Of a stretch of DNA of 60,721 nucleotides, positions 36,914-44,014 are shown in pieces. Each line of letters starts with the position of its first letter. Position 1 is the stretch's first letter. A program made the translations under genes and the position numbers. The stretch is from contig JANPDJ010000001.1 of the NCBI GenBank assembly GCA_031431395.1, forward strand, positions 1 through 60,721, read 5' to 3'. This stretch comes from Chloroflexota bacterium. Lineage in GTDB: Bacteria; Chloroflexota; Limnocylindria; Limnocylindrales; CSP1-4. The notes below the pieces were generated by a model. That model saw only the letters and a list, made by a program, of their open reading frames with translations. It made no database searches and was not told where the DNA came from.

Positions 36914-38254
36914 ATGACGTCCGTTTCGCGCGCCTGGGGCCGGCTGACCCTGCCGGGCAAGATCATCTTCACCCTGGTGCCGCTCCTGCTGGCGATGACG
37001 GTCGGCCTGCTCGTCGCGGTGGTGCTCGTCGGGCCCTACGTCCTGCAGTTCCTGGGCGACAACCTGCCCCTCGTGCGCTTCGTCGTCGCGGCCACGGCCG
37101 TGCTCCTGATGTCGATCCCCACGGCCTTCATCATCATCTACATGGAGATGAAGGTCATCGCGCTGATGAACCTTCGCATCGGACCGGACCGCGTTGGACC
37201 CTACGGGTCGCTCCTGTCGGTGGTCCACGGGCTCAAGGTCCTCATGAAGGAGGACTTCACCCCAACCGGGGCGGATGCGCCCGTGTTCACCCTCGCGCCC
37301 GCCGTGGTCTACCTGGGCGCGGTGATGTCGCTGCTCGTGATTCCGTTCGCCCCGGGGCTCTTCGGGCAGGACTTCAACATCGGCCTGCTGTATTTCTTCG
37401 CGGTGAGCGGCCTCAGTGTCGTCGGCCTGATGATGGCCGGCTGGTCCAGCTACAACAAGTACTCGCTGCTGGGCGGCCTGCGGTCCGCGGCCCAGGTGAT
37501 CAGCTACGAGATCCCGCTCACCCTTTCGGTGGTGGGCCTGCTCCTGCTGGCCGGCACGATGAGCCTCAACACGATCGTCCTCAACCAGTCCGGCACTGCG
37601 CTCGACTGGTACATCTTCCGCCAGCCGCTGGGGTTCCTGATCTTCTTCATCGCCGCGACCGCGGAGGCCAACCGCACGCCGTTCGACCTCACGGAGGCCG
37701 ACTCGGAGATCGTCGCGGGCTTCGCCACGGAGTACTCGGGGATGCGCTTCGGGTTCCTCTTCTTCGCCGAGTACGTCGGGGTGTTCGTCGTTTCTGCGAT
37801 GACGGTGACCCTGTTCTTCGGCGGCTGGAACGCCCCCTTCAACTGGCCGTGGCCGGTCACCGCCAGTCTCGACCCGGGCAGCCTGGGCATCCTGCTACTC
37901 ATCCTGGTCGCCATCGTCCCGGTCCTTGGGACCCTGCTGTTCGCCGCGCCGTTCTGGCTGCTCCGCTCGTCGATGCCGGGCTGGCAGGCGCTGATCATCG
38001 GCTTCCTGATCTTCAATTTCGTGGCCGTGGGAGCTGTCCTCGGGTGGGCATTCATCAGCTTTGACTGGGTCGTGGGTCTGCTCTGGTTTATGCTGAAGAC
38101 CTACGGTTTCGTGTTCACCTTCGTCTGGATGCGGGGGACGTTGCCGCGCGTCCGGATCGACCAGCTGATGGGATTCGCCTGGAAATGGCTGCTGCCCGCC
38201 TCCCTGCTGAACCTGTTCGTGACGGCCGGTGCGCTCATCGTGCTGAACCGCTGA
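36914..38254 (+). CDS. nuoH: NADH-quinone oxidoreductase subunit H (long form)
   Basis: MEMKVIALMNLRIGPDRVGPYG..LKVLMKEDF, AEANRTPFDLTEADSEIVAGFATEYSGMRF. Confidence 0.92.
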   Translation: MTSVSRAWGRLTLPGKIIFTLVPLLLAMTVGLLVAVVLVGPYVLQFLGDNLPLVRFVVAATAVLLMSIPTAFIIIYMEMKVIALMNLRIGPDRVGPYGSLLSVVHGLKVLMKEDFTPTGADAPVFTLAPAVVYLGAVMSLLVIPFAPGLFGQDFNIGLLYFFAVSGLSVVGLMMAGWSSYNKYSLLGGLRSAAQVISYEIPLTLSVVGLLLLAGTMSLNTIVLNQSGTALDWYIFRQPLGFLIFFIAATAEANRTPFDLTEADSEIVAGFATEYSGMRFGFLFFAEYVGVFVVSAMTVTLFFGGWNAPFNWPWPVTASLDPGSLGILLLILVAIVPVLGTLLFAAPFWLLRSSMPGWQALIIGFLIFNFVAVGAVLGWAFISFDWVVGLLWFMLKTYGFVFTFVWMRGTLPRVRIDQLMGFAWKWLLPASLLNLFVTAGALIVLNR

Positions 38255-38312
38255 GCCGCGTTCAAATGAGCTGTCCGTCGACCCGCTCCCGCGTGTCCAT
38301 CGAGGCCGTGCG

Positions 38313-39140
38313 ATGAGCTTCATCCCCGGGATCGGGATCGCAAAGGGCATGGCCCTGACGCTGCTCCGATTCTTCCAGCCCAAGGTGACCATCCGCTACC
38401 CGGAAGTCGCCGCGGATGTCTCCCCGAAGTTCCGGGGCCGCCTGCAGCTCCTCTACGACGAGTGGGGCACGCTCAAGTGCGAGACCTGCTTCCAGTGCGC
38501 GCAGGCCTGCCCCATCGAGTGCATCGACATGGGCGGGACGGACACCAAGGGCCGGTATCACGTCCACTGGGGCGCGGCGGAAACGTACGGCGAGCGGCGC
38601 GATGAATCCGCGCTGCGGCGTTCGGGCAGGCCGGTCCCGGACGAGGCCTACAGCCACGATCAGCCCATGAATCTCGAGGCCGTGGACGCGATCCTCGCGG
38701 CGTATGACCACGATCCAGGGTCGATGCTCCAGATCCTGGGCGACGTGCAGGACACCTACGGCTACCTGCCCGTGGCGGCGCTGAAGCGGATCAGCACGTC
38801 CACCGGTGCCTGGTACGCGATGATCTACGGTACTGCGTCGTACTACCGCCATCTGCGATTCGATCCGCCGGGCCAGTCCGTCGGCATCTGCCGCTGCACG
38901 AGCTGCCTGATCAGCGGGGGTGGTCGGATCCAGGAGGCGCTGGAACGCGGGCTCCGGGCCAGCCTCGGCAAGACTCCGTTGAGCGGCGGGATCCGGCTGG
39001 AACAGCTGCCCAACCATGTCGCGGGCGCGTCATCGCCTCTCGTGATGGTCGCCGGCGAGCCCGTCGCACTGACGCCGGAAACGGCGGAGCCCTGGGCTCG
39101 TGGCCTGGCGCCACAGTCCGGCACCCGGGCACAGGCCTGA
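38313..39140 (+). CDS. Fusion protein: NuoI N-terminal half (one 4Fe-4S motif) + NuoE-like thioredoxin-fold domain
   Basis: Residues 1-88: PKVTIRYPE, KFRGRL, and C56-x2-C59-x2-C62-x3-C66-P (38478-38513). A second ferredoxin motif is absent in all frames. Residues ~118-250: YDHDPGSMLQILGDVQDTYGYLP..IYGTASYYRHLRFDPPGQSVGICRCTSCLISGG (NuoE-like). Confidence 0.8.
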   Translation: MSFIPGIGIAKGMALTLLRFFQPKVTIRYPEVAADVSPKFRGRLQLLYDEWGTLKCETCFQCAQACPIECIDMGGTDTKGRYHVHWGAAETYGERRDESALRRSGRPVPDEAYSHDQPMNLEAVDAILAAYDHDPGSMLQILGDVQDTYGYLPVAALKRISTSTGAWYAMIYGTASYYRHLRFDPPGQSVGICRCTSCLISGGGRIQEALERGLRASLGKTPLSGGIRLEQLPNHVAGASSPLVMVAGEPVALTPETAEPWARGLAPQSGTRAQA

Positions 39141-39144
39141 GGTC

Positions 39145-40476
39145 ATGACAACGCTGCTCGCCACACCGGCCGGCTGGCCGCAGATCCTGCTGGCACGAGC
39201 CAGGAAAGCCGCGCCCGTCGGCAGCCCCGGCTCGGCGACGGCGACCGGCCCGTTCGCAGGACTCCGGATCGCGATCGAGCGGCTCGGCCCGGAAGGCACG
39301 ATCAGAGCGATCGAGCAGTCGGGCCTGCGCGGCCGAGGTGGGGCAGGCTTTCCCACCGGCACGAAATGGCGCAAGGCCGCCGCCACCGAGGCATCGCGCC
39401 GGTACGTCGTCGCCAACGGATACGGCGCCGATCCGGCCGTCTCCATCGACCAGGTCCTCATGGAGCGGGACCCGTTCGGGCTGCTTGAGGGCGTCGCCAT
39501 CGCCGCGTACGCAATCGGCGCGTCCGAGGCCGTCATCGCGGTGCGCGCGGAATACGCGGAGGCCGCCCGCGGACTGGAGGCCGCCATCCTGGCGGCAGAG
39601 GCAGCCGGGTTCCTGGGCGCGGACATCCTGAGCTCGGGCGTCGATCTGACCGTCACGGTCCGGACCGTGCAGGGCGCCTACATGCTGGGCGAGGAGACGG
39701 TCCTCCTGAAGGCCCTCGAAGGCAAGCGCGGGCAGCCGGAACAGCGGCCGCCGCACCCGGCGGAGCGGGGGATGTTCGGGCAGCCCACGGTCGTCCAGAA
39801 CATCGCCACCCTGATCGCCGTCCCGTGGATCCTCGTGAACGGCGCGGAGGCGTGGCGGGCCATCGGCACGCCGGACGCACCCGGAACCGTGCTCGTCCAG
39901 GTCAGCGGCGCGGCCGCGAACGGGATCGCGGAGGTGCCCACGGGCACCACCTTGGCGCAGATCATCGACCTTGCGGGCGGCGTGGTGCCGGGCCGTCGGG
40001 TGAAGGCAGTCCTCGTCGGCGGGCCATCCGGCGGGCTCCTGCCGGCGACGGCACTGGACACCCCGTATGACTTCGGGCCGTTGCGCGCCGCGGGCGCCCA
40101 CGTGGGCTCTGGCTCCATCGTGGTCGCCGACGAGCGGACGTGCGTGGTGGACCTGGCTCGCCTCCTGACGGCGTTCTGCGCCGACGAGGCATGCGGCAAG
40201 ACCATCCCGTGCCGGATCGGGACACGCCGGATCGCCGAGATCGGGGACCGCGTGACGAGCGGTCGGCCGCGCCCCACGGACCTGCAGCTCCTGGCGGACC
40301 TCAGCCATGATGTGGTCGCGTCCGCGCTATGCGATCACGAGCGCCTGGCGACCCTTCCGTACGCCAGCGCGATGCGATACTTCCGCTCCGAGCTCGACGA
40401 CCACGTTCTCCGCAGCTCCTGCCCGGCCGGTGTCTGCCGCCCCATCGCGGTGGCCGGCGTTGCGGCGGGCTACTGA
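39145..40476 (+). CDS. nuoF: NuoF-like subunit with divergent FMN/NADH and N3-cluster signatures
   Basis: GLRGRGGAGFPTGTKW, QGAYMLGEETVLLKALEGKRGQPEQRPPHP, PTVVQNIAT. However, it has ANGYGADPAVS in place of CNADESEPGT, and C350-GK-T353-IP-C356...C396 in place of CxxCxxC...C. Confidence 0.85.
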   Translation: MTTLLATPAGWPQILLARARKAAPVGSPGSATATGPFAGLRIAIERLGPEGTIRAIEQSGLRGRGGAGFPTGTKWRKAAATEASRRYVVANGYGADPAVSIDQVLMERDPFGLLEGVAIAAYAIGASEAVIAVRAEYAEAARGLEAAILAAEAAGFLGADILSSGVDLTVTVRTVQGAYMLGEETVLLKALEGKRGQPEQRPPHPAERGMFGQPTVVQNIATLIAVPWILVNGAEAWRAIGTPDAPGTVLVQVSGAAANGIAEVPTGTTLAQIIDLAGGVVPGRRVKAVLVGGPSGGLLPATALDTPYDFGPLRAAGAHVGSGSIVVADERTCVVDLARLLTAFCADEACGKTIPCRIGTRRIAEIGDRVTSGRPRPTDLQLLADLSHDVVASALCDHERLATLPYASAMRYFRSELDDHVLRSSCPAGVCRPIAVAGVAAGY

Positions 40477-40485
40477 GGCCTTCCG

Positions 40486-43080
40486 ATGACCGATCTCGCC
40501 ATCCGACCCAGAGCCACGCTCGATCCCCTCGCGCATGCCGAGACGCTGCTGGACACCCAGGCGCCGCAGCGGCCGACGGCCACGCCCCGGATCCGGATCG
40601 AGGTGGACGGGCGCGTCGTGGAAGGCCTGGAGGGCCAGACCATCCTCGAGGTCTGTCGCGACAACGGCATCGAGATCCCCACGCTCTGCTACGAGCCCAA
40701 GCTGCCGGGCTTCGGGGCATGCCGGATGTGCGTCGTCGAGGTGGAGGGCGAGGAGCATCCGCCCATCTCCTGCTCGCGCGCCTGCGAAGACGGCATGAAG
40801 GTCCAGACGCAGACGGAAGAGGTGCGGCGCCTCCGCCGGACCAACCTCGAGCTGATCTTCAGCGACCACAACGCGTACTGCCTGCCGCCGTGCCAGAACA
40901 AGTGCCCCAGCCACATCGACATCCCGGGCTTCCTGAAGCAGAACGCGGAGGCGAACTGGCGCGAGTCCGTGCGGATCTTCAAGCGGACCATCCCGTTCCC
41001 TTCGGTCCTGGGGCGGGTCTGTCCAGCCCCGTGCGAGGAGCACTGCCGTCGCGACGAGGTGGACGAGGCGATCGCGATCCGCGACTCGCACCGATATGCC
41101 GGCGACCAGGTGATCAGGGCGATGCTCAACGAGAACGTGGACCCGCCGGTCCCGTTCGAGGTCCAGCCCCGGAGCGGACGCCGGATCGCCGTGATCGGAT
41201 CCGGGCCGGCGGGCGCCACCGCTGCGTACTACCTCCTGATCGCCGGCCACGACGTGACCATCTTCGAACGGGACCCCATGCCGGGCGGGATGCTCCGCTA
41301 CGGCATCCCGCAGTACCGGCTTCCCAAGGTGGAGGTCCTCGAGGCGGAGTACGAGGGCATCGTGCGGCTCGGCGGCCGGTTCGTGACGAACCAGGGCCTC
41401 GGGCGCGATTTCACGCTGGACGACCTGCAGAACCAGGGGTTCGACGCGGTCTGCGTCGCCATCGGCTGCTACGACACGAACAAGCTGGGGATCCCCGGCG
41501 AAGACGGCACCGGCGTCATCGACGGCCTGGACTACCTGCGCACGGCCACCCTGGGCCTCGAATACCCGGGCCACGCCGGGAGCCGCGTCGTGGTCATCGG
41601 CGGCGGCTTCACCTCGATGGACTGCACCCGCACGTCCGTCCGGCTGGGCGCGGCGGAGGTCACGCTGGTCTACCGGCGCGACATGAAGGACATGCCCGCC
41701 TCCGACGAGGTGCACGAGGCCATCGAGGAAGGCGCCACGGCGATCTTCCAGGCGGGCCCGGTCCGGATCGTGACCGACGCCACCAACACGGTCACGGGCG
41801 TGGAGTTCATCCGGATGAAGCTTGGCGAGCCGGATGCGTCCGGTCGCCGCCGCCCGGAGCCTGCCCCCGGTACCGAGTTCACGATCCCGTGCGACCGCGT
41901 CCTCCTGGCCATCGGCCAGGGCCCGGACCTGACATGGATCGGCCCCGGCTCCGATGGACCGAAGGCCAGCAAGCAGCGCCGCCTCGTTGCCGACGCGGTC
42001 ACCTTCGAGACCGGACGGCCGGGTGTCTTCGGCACAGGTGACGTGCGCATCGGCGCGGCGACCGTCGTGCAGGCCATCGCGGAGGGCCGCCGGGCCGCCT
42101 ATGCCGTGGATGCGTACGTCAAGGGCCTGGACCTGGCCGCCATCCGGACCCGCCAGACGCTGGCCGAGCCCCAGCCCGAGTTCCTGTCCATCGTGCCGTT
42201 CACCAGCGAGATCAAGGAGCCCCGCATCCGCCTGAAGAAGATGGAGGCGGAGGCCAGGAATCGCAGTTACATCGAGTACGAGATCCCCTACACGCGGGCC
42301 GAGGCGGTCGCGGAGTCCACGCGCTGCCTCCAGTGCACCTGCGAGGCGATCGGCTTCTGCGACCTGCGGCGGCTGGGGATCGAGTACGGCACAACCCTTG
42401 CGACGCTCGAGCCGCACCACAACTCCGGTGCAGGCTACCGCTCCGTGACCGAGAACCGGTTCACCGGCTACAACCACGACTACATCCGCGATGACTCACA
42501 CGCGTTCATCCTGCGCGAGCCGTCCCGCTGCATCGACTGCGGCCGTTGCGCGCAGGTCTGCTCGGAAGTGGTGGGCGCGGCCTGCTACGACTTCATGCGG
42601 ATCGGCTTCGACACCCTGGTGACGACGCCGCTGGATATGAGCCTCAACGACACGCCGTGCGTCTCGTGCGGCCGCTGCGCCGAGACCTGCCCCACGGGCG
42701 CGCTCATGCCCAAACCGCGGGTGCTGCAGAAGTACGAGGTCGACGAAAGCCGCTGCATCCTGTGCGGCATCTGCGTGGACGCCTGCCCGTATGACGCGCT
42801 CCGCGACAGCACGGAATTCGAGCTGTCCCACGAGTCGCGGGCAGAACCCATGATCGACCTGCTGTCCTACTCCGCCGTCAACCAGGAGACGGAAGTCACG
42901 TACATCCGGCGCGAGCGCGACTGGGCGGAGCGCGCCATGGCGGACGGCCGGCTGCTGGACACCGGACGCCTGCTGCCGATGCTGCCGGCGTCCATCGCGA
43001 ACGGCAACGGGAATGGACATGGCAACGGCCACGCGCACGACCACGGAGGCGCGGGCGCCACCGCGGGGCGGCACAAGTAA
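40486..43080 (+). CDS. Chimeric Fe-S flavoprotein: NuoG-type 2Fe-2S N-terminus + GltD-like FAD/NAD(P)H domain + 2x[4Fe-4S] region + NuoI C-terminal half
   Basis: - 2Fe-2S: TLCYEPKLPGFGACRMCVVEV...SC.
- GltD part: SDHNAYCLPPCQNKCPSHIDIPGFL, GRVCPAPCEEHC, IAVIGSGPAGATAAYYL, GGMLRYGIPQYRLPK, VVVIGGGFTSMDC, VFGTGDV.
- 2x[4Fe-4S]: RCIDCGRCAQVC and CVSCGRCAETCPTGAL.
- NuoI-like end: KYEVDESRCILCGICVDACPYDAL..FEL...DLL.
- No molybdopterin-like NuoG body. Confidence 0.85.
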   Translation: MTDLAIRPRATLDPLAHAETLLDTQAPQRPTATPRIRIEVDGRVVEGLEGQTILEVCRDNGIEIPTLCYEPKLPGFGACRMCVVEVEGEEHPPISCSRACEDGMKVQTQTEEVRRLRRTNLELIFSDHNAYCLPPCQNKCPSHIDIPGFLKQNAEANWRESVRIFKRTIPFPSVLGRVCPAPCEEHCRRDEVDEAIAIRDSHRYAGDQVIRAMLNENVDPPVPFEVQPRSGRRIAVIGSGPAGATAAYYLLIAGHDVTIFERDPMPGGMLRYGIPQYRLPKVEVLEAEYEGIVRLGGRFVTNQGLGRDFTLDDLQNQGFDAVCVAIGCYDTNKLGIPGEDGTGVIDGLDYLRTATLGLEYPGHAGSRVVVIGGGFTSMDCTRTSVRLGAAEVTLVYRRDMKDMPASDEVHEAIEEGATAIFQAGPVRIVTDATNTVTGVEFIRMKLGEPDASGRRRPEPAPGTEFTIPCDRVLLAIGQGPDLTWIGPGSDGPKASKQRRLVADAVTFETGRPGVFGTGDVRIGAATVVQAIAEGRRAAYAVDAYVKGLDLAAIRTRQTLAEPQPEFLSIVPFTSEIKEPRIRLKKMEAEARNRSYIEYEIPYTRAEAVAESTRCLQCTCEAIGFCDLRRLGIEYGTTLATLEPHHNSGAGYRSVTENRFTGYNHDYIRDDSHAFILREPSRCIDCGRCAQVCSEVVGAACYDFMRIGFDTLVTTPLDMSLNDTPCVSCGRCAETCPTGALMPKPRVLQKYEVDESRCILCGICVDACPYDALRDSTEFELSHESRAEPMIDLLSYSAVNQETEVTYIRRERDWAERAMADGRLLDTGRLLPMLPASIANGNGNGHGNGHAHDHGGAGATAGRHK

Positions 43081-43154
43081 CGGGCAAGAAGCGCCCGGGC
43101 GGAGGCAGCGCCCGGGGTGCAACCACAACACGAAGAAGAGGAGAGGCGTAGGCG

Positions 43155-43691
43155 TTGGCGATCCCGTCAACCGTGCCGTTCATCGGGCTGAGCTGGGACG
43201 ACGTGCTGTTCCTGCTCTTTGCGACCACGATGATCGGGACGGCTCTGCTTGTCGTGTCGATGCGCGACATCATTCGCTGCGGCCTGGCGATGATGGCGTC
43301 ATTCGGCGCACTCGCCGGCATCTACGTCCTGCTGGGCGCCCCGCTCGTGGCTGCAGCCCAGGTACTGATCTACATCGGCGCCATCGCGGTTCTCATCCTG
43401 TTCGCCATCATGCTCACCCAGTCGAAGGCCGCGCCCGCCCGCCTCGTGTTCCAGACGCAGGCAGTTCCGGCCGGCATCGCCGCCGTGATCCTCGCCGTGG
43501 TCATCGCATTGACGGTCACGGCCACGGACTGGGGCGCGGTCACGAGCCGCCTCGGCACCGCGACGGACGAACTTGCGAGGCTGCTCTTCCGTGACTACGT
43601 GCTGCCGTTCGAGATCGTCAGCGTCCTGCTGCTGGCCGCGGTCATCGGCGGGGTATTCCTCGCGAAGCGCGAGGAAGGCGGGCCGCAATGA
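43155..43691 (+). CDS. nuoJ: NADH-quinone oxidoreductase subunit J
   Basis: TTG start after a purine-rich SD. AAAQVLIYIGAIAVLILFAIML, FEIVSVLLLAAVIG. Confidence 0.88.
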   Translation: MAIPSTVPFIGLSWDDVLFLLFATTMIGTALLVVSMRDIIRCGLAMMASFGALAGIYVLLGAPLVAAAQVLIYIGAIAVLILFAIMLTQSKAAPARLVFQTQAVPAGIAAVILAVVIALTVTATDWGAVTSRLGTATDELARLLFRDYVLPFEIVSVLLLAAVIGGVFLAKREEGGPQ

Positions 43692-43999
43692 GCAACTCGC
43701 TCGACGCCTACCTCGTGCTGTCCGGGATCATCTTTGCCATCGGCACATTCGGCTTCCTGGCGCGCCGGAACGCCATCAGCATGCTCATGTCCATCGAACT
43801 CATGCTGAATGCCGTCAACCTCGCGATCGTCGCGTTCGGGTCGTTCGTGGAGGCGCTCAGGACGGCGTCCTCCGTCATCGCACTGATCGTGATGGCCGTC
43901 GCGGCGGCGGAAGCCACCGTGGGCCTCGCGATCGTGATCGCCATCTACCGCAACCGCCGCACGCCGCTGGTCGATGAGTACGACACGCTGCGCCAGTAA
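43688..43999 (+). CDS. nuoK: NADH-quinone oxidoreductase subunit K
   Basis: 103 aa. MLMSIELMLNAVNLA, AAAEATVGLAIVIAIYR. ATGA overlap with nuoJ. Confidence 0.92.
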   Translation: MSNSLDAYLVLSGIIFAIGTFGFLARRNAISMLMSIELMLNAVNLAIVAFGSFVEALRTASSVIALIVMAVAAAEATVGLAIVIAIYRNRRTPLVDEYDTLRQ

Positions 44000-44014
44000 C
44001 CCGATCGAGGCCTG

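Noticed and set aside
34288-36972. 894-aa ORF antisense to nuoB-nuoD
   Set aside because: It is a shadow ORF opposite conserved complex I subunits. The same applies to 40327..42477 (716 aa), 45377..46885 (502 aa), 47110..48195 and 43299..43688, all within the nuo operon.
38550-38720. Possibility that the NuoI-NuoE fusion is a frameshift artefact hiding a normal second NuoI cluster motif
   Set aside because: Neither alternative forward frame in this stretch encodes a CxxCxxCxxxCP motif. A NuoI-like second motif exists instead at 42754-42789. Read-level confirmation is still needed.
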